From Botryllus schlosseri (taxonomy: Eukaryota): a DNA stretch of 64,000 nucleotides. Shown here piece by piece: positions 50,126-61,994 of the stretch. Within the stretch, counting starts at the first letter, position 1; every line of letters begins with the position of its first letter. The notes under the pieces were generated by a model that was given only the letters and a program-made list of their open reading frames with translations, had not been told where the DNA came from and did no database searches. A program made the translations under genes and the position numbers. The stretch covers positions 39,434,001-39,498,000 of the forward strand of contig CM119371.1 of assembly GCA_051294905.1 (NCBI GenBank). The letters are read 5' to 3'.

Positions 50126-51578
50126 AAACAGATGTAACGGAAAAGTCGATGTTGGACGGCGTTGGTTTTGAAGGCGTTTCATCCTAAAATGGTTGACGAA
50201 ATTTGGTATGCTACACCTTAATGATGTTGGCTAACACTGTTATGAGTTTCGTTATCGGGTCTCAATTAGCGGAGTAGTAATTCGTCCATCAAAATCGAGT
50301 ATCTAACAATGACGCGGTAAACTGGCATCTAGCCTGCGCGTGAGTGTGTACGCGTGCATTCACCGATTCGAGGCTCGGATCCCCCGTCATTTTCCGAGGC
50401 TGGATTTCCGAGGCTGTGATCCCCTTTGGTAGATCTAATGCGCTGTTGACAAATTTACACTGCTCTGATTGAAGAAATTCGAAAGTGCCAATGTGCCATA
50501 CGTGCATCCCTAAAAGACGGACCAGCGGAAAGAGCGGTGCTAACCAGCATGAAAATTTGCAAAAGTTCCGTAATTTGGCTTCTAAATGCGTCAGGCAACA
50601 CTTGCAATAATTCTTCTCTCCAGCCGCCCCTCACTTCTGGTTACGAAACCAACGTGCCCGAGTCCGGATTTCGAAAATGCTCAAAATCCAAGTCCAACCT
50701 ATTTTTGAAAAATCACAATCCGGATCCGACATTTTTTTTCAAAATCACAATCCGGTCCAATCCGGTACCGACGAAAATAACCTATAATCCTGATCCTGTC
50801 CAATCCAAGTCCAATCCAATGCTCATCTCTGGTCTAGTTCGAGACTTCGAGTATCAATCATTATGACGTCACAACAGAATGTACTATGTCAAAGTTCAAA
50901 TATGTATTACTTTTATGGCTCCACAAAAAACATAATGCCTGTTATCCATCACATTAAAGATACTTTGGTATTTTCTCGACCATACCGATTACATTGCACC
51001 TCTTGACAATATTGTGGGATATGATCATGACTTCGGAAATGTGTTATTTCCATTAACGTTCGTAGCTTCGTACTATGTCTCGTCCCAGCAAACACAAAAC
51101 CGTAAAAGGATCATCCGGGATCATCTCGATTAGGTTCTGATTTTCTAAGTGTCGAGGGAATGTCTAAAATACGTAGTAGGATGGTCTTGTGGTTATATTC
51201 AATCAGAATAAATTCATACTCGGTGTTGTTCCATCTCATGCATTAGGCTTCGTTATATCCGGTAGTTAACCTAATAATGCAAATTTTCTATCTCTCGCTG
51301 GTATGACTAAAATACGTAGAAAGGATGACTTTGTCGGTACATTCAATCACGATGAATTCCTATCCGGTTTTGTTCGATCTCATGCGGTAGCTTCGTTTTA
51401 TCCATTAGAAAACAATGTTCTCCCTTCGTTTTATTGCGTGAGGATGTCACCGGTGTTGTATATTCGTGTTGTTGCTCTAAGGTCGAACAGTTTTGTTTTC
51501 TTCTGATATATATGATCTTCATTATATATATATTCGCTCTTTCGGTAATCTCGCATGTTCAACGAGTATGGCTAATAG

Positions 51579-51599
51579 CATAGCCTTTACAAGGCTATG
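51579..51599. other. P-type excision footprint (fused TIR stubs between 7-bp TSDs)
   Basis: CTAATAG-CATAGCCTTTACAAGGCTATG-CTAATAG. Confidence 0.7.
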
Positions 51600-51894
51600 C
51601 TAATAGTTTTATCATAGCAATTTACAACGTAGCTGGCATGGAGACTAGGCTTTGAGAGCTCGCGATGTTGTGACCGACAGCACTACTAGTGGGTGGGTAA
51701 CATACTCGCGTAACAAGCAGCCTGTTCAGCTTTATTATTACGTTGCTGTAGGTTCTAATAAATGTTAGATGTAGGTATATTTCGTCTCGAATGCCTGTAT
51801 TTGTGCAAGTAGATTTTATAATCTGTTTTTTATGGATATATTTTTCATATAGTTGATCTCAGTAACTCAGAATTGCGGTAGTGAAGGCTAGCCA

Positions 51895-54855
51895 ATGGCT
51901 CCAGATCGCAAGAGAAGCAGAGGTGGTAAATATTGCTGCCTTCCACATTGCAACAGCTCTAGTACAGGCAAGAACAGATTGTACAAGATTCCAACTACAA
52001 CAGGAATGAGGTTTGGGATGCCGACAAAAGATTGGGCTGAAAAGTTTCACCAGGCATACATTGTATTGTATTGTATTGAGTTATGTAGAAAAGATTATTC
52101 GTTTGTCAGTAGGAACTAGGACTTTATCATACTCAGTAACGATAATTTTTTTATTATGCCAACAAAATGAGTTTTTTTAAATTTTATTTACAGATCATAT
52201 TCAAATTACGGTACGACGTGGTGTTCAAGAAGAAAGTGCTAGACGGATTGACTTTCATCTGCTCCAGACATTTCAAGGACTCTGATATTCAAAAAAATAG
52301 TTGTAAAAGTTGTATTAAATTTGGATCCCTCCCAACGTTAAATTTACCACAAAAATCTCACACATCAAAATGTCCCAGCGAAAGGCGATTAATTGCAAAG
52401 TATTCACCTCCTATAATCAATTCGAAACCATCCATTTGCTCTATCGGTGATATTGTAAATTCGTGGAAAACATCAGCAACTGATGGTTGGCGTATGTTTC
52501 AGTTATCATCCACTTCAATTCACTTATCGTATTATAGCGATAATATTCTGCATGCATCACCATCCGCAAGCATACTTATTAATGACGTAGACGGCATGAT
52601 CAAATTTTGCATTGCATACGGTGGCGTTTATGCAAGTAATTTGTCAACCTCGTTCAAATTTGAAAACAACACTTTGGAGCAAATGCTGCGCAAAATCCTA
52701 AGCGCAAACGTGTGCTCTGGTTATAATGAAGTTCACGACAAAAACTCTTGGGCATGCAGAAATGTTGTCTCTGCACAAAATGGCAGTAAAGTATTCCAAA
52801 AAAGGTACTGGCACTTGAGTTAATATATATTATCATCCTTGCCAACAATGTATTATGAACAGATTCTTCAGTCAAGATTGTGAAGTGGCTTTTCTAGGGC
52901 ATACAGCGATTTGTACCTCGTGCATGGCCTTCCATGTAAGATGCGCCGAAAACCTTCAACGTAAATTAAAGAGGAAGGAAGAGACAGAGTACTTGCCATT
53001 GAGCAGCAATGCTCCCTTAACCAGCTGTAGCAAGGATAGATTGAAATTAACAGTTTGCCAGTACAGATCTAGGTATGCTGTTTTAGTTATATTGGTATGG
53101 AATTTGTGTACCGTTTCGTTTACTTACGATTCGTCCAGATTCCGTCATCTAGAGAAAGAGTGGAAAGAGCATGGTTTGACTGTGTCCGAGAATCTGGAGG
53201 AATTGATGGTGAATGTTTCGACAGATGATGATTTTTTGAAAGAGTGGTGGAATAATCAGCGACGCTTGCAACAGTCTGAAAGCTTCCATGGCAGACGATA
53301 TCCACCTTCAGTGATTAGGTCAGTTCTTGCATGTGTACCATTATGAATTTTCTCATTTTTCTTATATTGTAGATATTGCTTGATGTTATACGCAAAATCG
53401 CCAGCCGCTTACAGGTTGGTTCAGAAAGTGATGGTATTGCCGTCAGCAAGGACACTTCGCCACGAAAAATCGAAAGCTTTAAATAGATGTAAAACCGGAT
53501 TTCAGGATGGTGTTGCCAAGCGAATTTCCGCTATCAATAAATCCTCAGAAAATTTTCATGAACAGTTTGTTGTATTATGCTTTGACGAAATGACCATCAA
53601 AGGTGGCTATTGTTCAATTATGTGATGTATAGGCCTACTACAATCTTTGTCTTCTTATTGTAGAGGATCTCGTGTTTCAATCATCAAGTGGTAATGTGAT
53701 AGGCTTTGTGGATTATGAAAATGAAGATATCAATTGCTTATCGTCATCATCTTCAAGAGTGGCTTCTCAAATGCTGGCTGTGTTCATCAGAGGTATTATC
53801 GTGACCTTCTATCCTTGAATTAAAATATGTAAATACTGTTTCCAGGTATCACAAACCAGAAGCTAGATGGCGTAGTGGCCTTTTACCCAACGGTTGGGGC
53901 ATCAACAGAAGATTTATTTATGATATTGAGCAACTTGCTGGTTGAAATTCCTTATCGCACACAGGCTACAATTATAGGAGTGGTCTTTAAGTTACTTTCC
54001 AAAATTATTGAGGCTGTTCTTATTCGTTGTATTACCATCGCGGTACTTTGGATTTTTTTCTTTGTCAAGGTGATGGTTTGCCTGCTAACCGGTCAGTCAT
54101 GAAACTGTTATGCAATGCCGAGGTAGATGGCAGCCCACCATATCGGATGAATAACCCCGTCGAGCCTTCCAGGTGGAAATTCTTGAGCAATTATCATTAT
54201 GGGTTCACACCTTGTTCAATCTGTTTGCTCTATTCTCATGTGTGATGCACCTTGCAGTGAGATGAGATAAGTACAGGAACATTGACTCAATTGTGTATTC
54301 AGGTACATCTATTTTGTGCCAGACCCTCCACATCTGCTCAAAACTGCACGCAATAACCTATTGAACTCGAAGAGGTGCATGTGGAACGATGGATTTATAG
54401 TGATGGAGCCCATCAAAGAGTTGGTAAGGGTGAGTGAAAGTCTGTTTTGGAAATGATGGTATGATTGCATTTAAAGTTACAGGCAGATATCGCTCGTGGT
54501 GATTTACGGTTCTATCCGCATTTAACGGAGTCGCACATTTCTCCAACGCCTTGGGAGAAAATGAATGTCCGACTGGCAGCGCAGACACTTTCATTTACAT
54601 TAGGTGACGTATGAATTTGAACAAAATTCTTCGTTCGCAATTAAGTCTATTTGGTTTCCATAGGTACAGCCATAAGAGATAATGAACCCGCCCTGTCCAA
54701 ATTTATCCTGCATATGGATAAGTGGTTCGACGCGATGAATTCGGGATTTCAAGGATCAAAATTCAAACCTGATCGTCGACCATTCTATTCCGCAGATGAC
54801 GACCGTTTACATTGGCTAGAGAATGACTTCATTAATTACCTGGATCAATGGCATG
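51895..54855 (+). pseudogene. multi-exon THAP9/P-element transposase, 3'-truncated
   Basis: THAP domain (CCLPHC..P..W..CSRHF..PT, split by intron 52054-52193); YAKSPAAY..LPSARTLR; LCFDEMTIK; DGLPANR; DPPHLLKTARNNL; EKMNVRLAAQTLS; MDKWFDAMNS. About 10 short introns; the last catalytic segment (QDxxE) was not found. Confidence 0.9.
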
Positions 54856-54925
54856 TATGGCATTAAGTTACGTTTTTATTGTAAAATTTTTATCAAATAA
54901 AGATTAGCATTTCAACTTAATTTAA

Positions 54926-55733
54926 CTAGGACTTGTGCAAATCCTTCAATGATTTTCGGAGGGATGAAGTAGATTTGCGACTTTTGGACTTCGCTAGCTT
55001 GCTGTATTCGAGGACCCGCTTCCAGTGCATATGCGATCGTGCACGGATAAAACGGGTGATCAGTAGTTGCATGACGGAGTTCCAACTTTCGGCTTTCTTA
55101 TGCAGGTTGTTGATTATTTGATGCTCGTTGACTGATTTGGAGGAAATCAATCTTCGAAGTGAGTATTCTGCCTCCACTATCAGCGCGAAAAAGGACTCTT
55201 TTGGTGCTAGCAAATATCCTCGGTCAATTCTTGAGAATTCATATGGTAATGAACTGTCTGAGGATATTTGCGACCGAATCCAATTTGCATCTTCACCCGA
55301 GCTATTCCGCAGTCCCCACTTCAGTAACGCGCCTGCCATATATTTTAAAACCTTCTCGTCATCACTTGTAATGGAAATATCTTCAATGGTGGATTTTGAA
55401 GAATTCGAATATTTTGAATTCATCCGTAATTGAATTATTTTTGGGGCGGCAGTTGTTATTATTCGCTTTACTGTCATTTCAGATGGTGTAGTACGACTTC
55501 CACAGTATGCTTTGCGGAGCATTTCCGAGTACTGCACCAACATTGTCGATTTTGATCCACGTAACTACGTTGTAGATTGCTATGCTAATATCTACTGGGA
55601 GAAAGAATGATTGCACATGAGGCTGCCGCTGCCTATAGACGTTTTAGGAAGCAATTACGAATGCATTTCGAGAGCGAGATAGGCTACTCACGTCATCGAA
55701 TATTCTTAGCAATTCTTCTTCGCTGAATTCCAT
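54926..55733 (-). pseudogene. convergent second gene of the P element (YMAG / DRGYL..P motifs), disrupted by a TIR remnant
   Basis: Putative exon 1 MEFSEEELLRIFDD|gtgagt (55733-55692), acceptor near 55592, stray TIR at 55565-55584, then a 205-aa ORF with KYMAGALL..IDRGYLLAP..F..AE..FIRARSH..SLRKSLK. Confidence 0.65.
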
Positions 55734-56999
55734 ATCAATCAACTTAATCTGATTATACTGATATCTGATACTCTATATATCCTGATCAACTTACAGCAAA
55801 TCCGCATAACATCGCCCCTGACATTGTTAGTAACACTGTCATTACGCATCCTCTATTATGTCATATTTGTATTGGGTTACCCACCCACTAGGGGGAGCTA
55901 TAAACCACAAGTTCACATATTAAGTCTCCATGCCAGCTACCCTACGTTGTAAATTGCTATGGTTTTATTCAGAGAATAACTAAATAAGTGAGATGTTGTA
56001 CGTTTAGGAATATGATTATCGATGCGTGACTTCTAGAATATTTCGGCGATTCAAATTTTACGTCATCGACTCATCGCGCCGGACAAAGATTTGACGCGCA
56101 ACAGGTCGCAGCCAGGCATAGTTCGCTCCTTCTGTATGGTAAATGCCGTAAATATATAGGAATTGTGACTGACTGAGGTAGCGGGTTGAAGGTATAGACG
56201 CAGTAGCATATAGCTTATGGGGTATTTTGAATTGCCTGTAGTATATGACGCCTAGAGCTGTTTGACTTTCTGCAAAACAGGTGTAGACAACTATAGAAAA
56301 GTTTCAGCTTTTCCAGGCTTGGTATTATTATAGAGCTAAACCGTTTTTTCCGAATTAGATTACAATTATATTGCTGGCATTTCGCTCTAATTTAGTGAAA
56401 TTAGACCACTATAATTATCTAGTTGTCCAAGTCGCTTCAAACATCTGAATTACCGGTACCTATACCTATGGCATATCATAATATTTATGCTTGAATTTTC
56501 TAGGTATATAAGTCATATATAGATACATACCTGTAGAACACTGATTCGTGATTTTATAAAAGTTGGTGCAAGAATGGACATTTTCAACTTGATGTTGATT
56601 AATGGAGCAAAATTTGATATTTGAGTGCAATTATACCTCGAATCCAGTGACAAGATTATTAATCGTTGAAACCAAACGCAGCTTGTTTATGTTGGCCCAG
56701 TGAATTTGGCTAGCCAGACCATATTGATAGAATATGGTCACAGTAAGATAATATTTTGGGCTAATATACATGAACTTTCCAACATTTGATTTGATATGTC
56801 CGCTAAAACAGTTGTTATTCTGCTTTCGAATAAGACCTAAATTGCTGATTTCAATGGTAACTGTGTTTGTCAAAGGCTGTAAAGGTAATTTTTTTTCATG
56901 TTAGATGTTTGTTTGTTTGTCTGTGGTGTTCATGGTGGTGGTTCGACTACACTGGTCATTTTACACCAGGCCGGTTCTTATTATTAATCATTCCGTATC

Positions 57000-57860
57000 T
57001 GCCCGATTACCAGTGAACTCGGCACTTAGTGAATTCGGCCGCACAAACTCGGCACTTGGTGAATTCGGCCGTGGTAGATCTCGTAGTGGTACCGGTCACC
57101 ATGATTGGTTACTGGAATGTTTGCCGGTGAACTTGGCACTTTGAGTGGTTGTCAATGTTGTACGGGGGTCAGGGCATGCGTAGATCACACAGTCACGGCG
57201 TGATTAGATCACAGATTGCGTAATCACAGGAAATAACGCGACGCTCTTCACTTGGTGAACTCGGCCCTTGGAGGAATTGGCACTAGAACACCTTCGCATT
57301 AGAAATGCATTTAATATGAATGAACAGTATCAAAAAGGAAATTTAAACGTGTCGTGGCTCGCGGTAGATCTCGTAATCTTGGGATCCTTCAACCCTGTTA
57401 TCGAGACACCCTAACCCCAGAGTTGAATCGTCTCTCCAAAGGCAAAAAATAATTTATTTTGACGTGATCATGCGAAACATTTGTTGATGAGGAACACTGG
57501 CTTGTGATCGATAAACGAAGAAGCGCCGCTTGATCTTCCACAGTTTCGATCTCACATACAACGCCAAGATCCATCTTCTCAAAACTTACATTACACAGGC
57601 CCGTCACTCACGCCATCGATTCCAAGCAGACCGCGCGTGGTCGGTATATGAGCGCTGCGTTATTTCCCGCGGCTACGCAATCCGTGATCTAATCACGCCG
57701 TGACTGCGTGATCTACGGATGCCCTGACCTCCTTACAAGATTGACGAATCACTTGATAATACTATTATTAGTTTATTAATTCATATTAATAGCTGTTCAT
57801 AGACTTCATTACACAATTTCCCGAGGGCCGAATTCACCAAGTGCCGAGTTCATCGGCAAC
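57000..57860. mobile_element. nested inverted-repeat MITEs
   Basis: GTGAACTCGGCACTTGGTGAATTCGGCC repeats, inverted at 57826-57860; inner inverted pair ~57167-57242 / ~57655-57730. Confidence 0.6.
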
Positions 57861-57867
57861 CATCTGC

Positions 57868-58049
57868 CCACTTATAGCACGGCCCACTCCTAGGCTTTTT
57901 AAGACATGGCCATGCGGATCAGATGGCGAGGAGGAGCCTAGATAAACGGCCAACACTTCGGTAGGAATTATGGAGTCGACGTGTCAGGCTCGAACCCGCA
58001 ATTCATTGGTGTTTAGCTATAATGGAGGGTACCACTACGTTACCTCGCC
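57868..58049 (-). mobile_element. tRNA-derived SINE (same family as 13199-13408)
   Basis: Reverse complement shares GGCGAG.TA.CG.AGTGGTA..GCGGGTTCGAG..AAGTGTTGG..TAGGCTCCTCCTCGCCA..GTGGGCCGTGCTATAAGT. Confidence 0.75.
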
Positions 58050-58736
58050 ATACCTTGTAAAATGGGACCGTAGCATTTGGCAGTTCATGTGGCAATTGAC
58101 TTTTGTGTGGAAAATTGTGTTCGTTTTAGAACTTATCCGAAACTTTTATTCCGCCATAGATTGTATATGATAAAACGAAGCCACTCACCACAAAGGAGGA
58201 TTTAAAGAAGTTTGATGACATATTGAATGAAAGCAAAAGCCTTTGCAAGAGATGTGGTATGTTGAATCTGTTTTGATATTTTCAAATGCTTGCCGATAGC
58301 AGACGGTATATATAAACGTAAGATGTGGAAGCTATCAAGGTGTTATGTTTATTATTTTTAGAAATTCAGTCAGTCAAAGTGGACGATCGTATTGCTTGGA
58401 TTATATTTAGGCTTATTTTAGCATCTTTGAGATGCAACTCTGAACGTGGACGGTCATGAACAGTCAACTAATTCTGTTCCTATATTGACATATCAGACAT
58501 TTGCACTCGTACCGTTGGCGGCGACAATATTGGTCAGTCAGCAAAAAGCATGAAGAAGGTTGCCAGTCTGGTGAAATTATAGCAGAGTCGGAAAGAATGG
58601 GAAATACGCTTTCATCAACCTCCATTTGAACAAGATCACATATAGTAAGAGACATTCATGATATGCTGCAAATGTCACTGTGTTCTTTGTCTAGTCACCC
58701 CGTCACCCCACTCATGTAACTATTGAGGCTTCATGC

Positions 58737-59217
58737 CAGGGTTGTAACCAAGTCGCAAGGCTCCGAGTCGCAAGTCAATCTCACTTTTATAGTTTTGACT
58801 CGAGTCATTTTCAATTCACCACCGAGTCAAGTCCGAGTCCAAGTCAGCGAGCAGAGGTCCGAGTTATGGTATTATGACTCGAGCCAGAGTCATTGTGTTA
58901 GCTGCTCAGTTTCCAATTTAAGTCTTGTTAAACCAACTTTTTATATGTTTTTTGTGATATCGAGTGGGTCGCATTTATAGTATACGAATCTTCCTTACTT
59001 TTAGCAGTTTCTGGCCGCATTTTCAAATACCAGTATCAATAGACGAAATCCCAATAGCGATTTGCTGTACTATTCTTTGAAATAATCATGAAATGTCGGT
59101 CTTGGCCGTCTGAGTCTCAAGTCATGCGCAATGAGTCAAGTCATTTCAGTACTTTGAGAAGATGACCTGAGTCAAGTCGAGTCAACAGAAAATCCTGACT
59201 CGAGTCTTACAACCCTG
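58737..59217. mobile_element. hAT MITE, CAGGGTTGTAA family
   Basis: TIRs plus perfect TSD CTTCATGC (58729-58736, 59218-59225). Confidence 0.9.
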
Positions 59218-61994
59218 CTTCATGCAATGAGCATTTACTTTGAAGATAAATAGTAATTAAATAACTGGTTGGTGGTACAAAATTTTAATACTGTGTTCAA
59301 AAGTACCTTCATGATAAACGTTATTGAAACCCGAAGAACTTTTCGCGTGCCTATGAAAGAGCTACCGGCACGATAAAGGAAGCAAAACAGAGTTGAATTC
59401 AAAACCAGATGGAGAATTAAGACGCATTAATGTCGAATTTAGAAATAACATCAATGGAGCCAGAACACAGCAACAATGCAGTGCATAACAACGGTTGCGT
59501 AAAACAGTATGACAGCGTGACACAATTCTTTAATTATTTATTATAGTGGTGCCCACCGTAAATACTATTTTATTAAAATCCGAATTTTTCGATGGCAATA
59601 ACTCCGCTTCCACTTGTTTGAATCGAACCAAATTTGATAAACATCGTTTCTATACATAACCTAACACTTTCATGGGGTGAACAGAAAATTTTCAAATTTT
59701 TTCTATTTATTTTTATATATTAAATAGAAACTTTCTTTTCCTGTAGCAATGCGGCTACTGGTTGGGATTGAACCAAATTTGGTGTGTAGGCTTGAATTAG
59801 GTAACCTAACAATTTTATCAAGTAGCCAGAACGATTTGAGAAAAAAAGTCATTTTTTAAGAGCCCTAATGTCCATGTCGGAGAAACGTTTTAGGGTAGGC
59901 CTACTCACATGTCTCGCAGCGTTCTCTACATAATCGTCAATTGCGATACAAACTGTTCGCTTGTATTGGTAAAGCCATCCAGCTTCGATTTGTAAAATGT
60001 TGGGAGTCTTGATATCAAATTTTTAATTTTTGAAAGGTGCACTTTGAAAAGATTTCGGAATCTGTCAAATTATACAAAAAAATTTACCAAATTCTTTGAC
60101 ATATTTCATTCATTTGGGACTCGATCAACGTAAAAGAATTAGTAATTATTTTATACAATATATTGTATTTGTAGTTGAAGTATAGTAATAATTGTTATGG
60201 TTACCGCACTTGTAACGATTCACGGCCATAACTGGAATAATTAGAATGATGTAACTTTCAAATTGCCATGCATTTTGCAACAACATTGTTCTCAATTTTC
60301 AAGGTGCTGACCATTGGAGGAAGAATCACCCTTAAGCTGGGAATTCACGATCCGTAAACGCGGCCGACTGTTTCTCTCCTCAAGAGGAAGGAAGAGAAAA
60401 AGGGAGCAGAAATAGCAAGACTGTGACAAGTCGCGTCCATTCGCTTTAATGCGTATTTCTATGCGCGAAGCGCGAAGTAGTAGGTGGGAAAACTAATGGG
60501 CGTTTGGATTGCGCTTTATAAGGTTGACTCCAGCGCTGTATTTGCTAAATGTTGCGGTGAAATAGGGGTGGTGTCATTTGGTATCAATATTGACTATTAA
60601 AAGACCATTTGTTAGTGGTCATGGATTTGTTCGGCCAGTATGCAGTAATTTCTGATGGTCACTTCCCGGGCTTCTGTTCTCTAACCCCTCATGATTGTTA
60701 TTCTGCTTCTAGTAAGACTGTCGATTCTAATGTTTTATCATATCATTTGTCGGAGGTTTCGCTCGCTTTTTTTACAACGTTTTGCTCTCTGCTTAGGTCA
60801 ATTACTCGTTGAGTATCACTACAGCCCACGAAACTGCACTAATTCTCATTTTAATATCTTGCTGGTTATCTTGCTGTCAATTCTAATAATTTGTTAATGT
60901 CTATACCAGTGCTGCCACTCAAATGTTTTGTTCTCTGTACACAATATTGTTAGGTCTTCAGCTTTCCAGGCAGAGTATCATTCCACTTTCTAGACTTGAG
61001 TATATATCTCTCCAACTAGCTGCCAAATAACTGATTCATTTGGATTGTTGAATTGATCATTTTTGACAGAATGTGAAGAAATTTTAGTCAAGAATTCTTT
61101 TTGTGTTAGTGGCTGTTTTCAAAGATTGCTGAAGTAGTCATCGTTGATCTTGATAATCAAGTAGAAGTGGCGATTGAAGTCAGTTCTCTAGTGATATAAT
61201 AATAAAAAATATAATAATAAGAACTTTAAAACTTGAGTGGAAATAGTCCAGAATCAAATCCATTTTAGTAAGTATGGGTGAAAAAAATGTAGGAGTCATT
61301 CATTACTCGCTACCTGTGCCATTTTCGTAGTACCGAATGTCTTAGCTAATAATCATCATTTTCATTTTATTTCTACAGCGTGTTGAAAAGAAAACGCCAG
61401 AGGGATTATCATCATCAGACGATGAAACCTTCTGAATACTGACTGTTCTCATAGTTGTAGCCCTACAAGTAATTTCGTTCGTTTCATTTTTTACACCGGC
61501 ATTATTTACTTGCCAATTCGTTTTGAATTAAATTACCGCAAGTGTGATTAATATGTAGTAGATAATGTGGTGTGTGTGTGTGTACGCAGCCGTGATCAGG
61601 TTATGCCCGGTGGTAGAAAACAGGTTATTATATCAGGATGTTCTTTTAATGTAGGATCTACATCCTACTCACCATGTTTTAAGGCTGTAGCATCTGCATA
61701 ATATTTACATTATTGAAGGACATGGAAAAGACATTGAATTGAGTCGACACAAAATCCCCCTTTCTACGACCTGCCGAGATCTAATATCTACTATATCGGG
61801 CTCGGCTTTCTACATCTTTGGTCTGTACTGTGTTTACTGGGGTATGCTGCAACACGGCCAATCTAGGTTTCAAGGATTCCTTAGTGGAAAATGGTACCTT
61901 TCAGTTGCCAGGATTCCTCAGTGGAAAATGGTACCTTTCAATTGCCAGGAGCGTATGATTTCAATCCTCGAAAAAATCATATTATACATGCATC

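Larger units (their letters stand above)
44597..50430 (+). mobile_element. Mutator/MULE (Rehavkus-like) transposon with long TIRs and subterminal tandem repeats
   Basis: ACCAAAGGGGATCACAGCCTCGG TIRs near-identical over >300 bp, 9-bp TSD AGATCTAAT (44588-44596, 50431-50439), transposase ORF inside. Confidence 0.93.
41813..50831. mobile_element. non-autonomous hAT element inflated to 9 kb by nested insertions
   Basis: CAGTGATGAGC...GCTCATCTCTG termini, TCCAAGTCC/TCCTGATCC subterminal repeats at both ends, perfect TSD GTCTAGTT (41805-41812, 50832-50839). Confidence 0.85.
51613..55961 (+). mobile_element. P-superfamily (THAP) DNA transposon, internally deleted
   Basis: TIRs CATAGCAATTTACAACGTAG(GGTAG)CTGGCATGGAGACT, 7-bp TSD GTTTTAT (51606-51612, 55962-55968). 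Confidence 0.92.
51084..61841. mobile_element. probable EnSpm/CMC-type non-autonomous element with nested insertions
   Basis: CCCAGCAAACACA...TGTGTTTACTGGG (13-bp TIR, 1 mismatch), 2-bp TSD GT. Confidence 0.55.
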
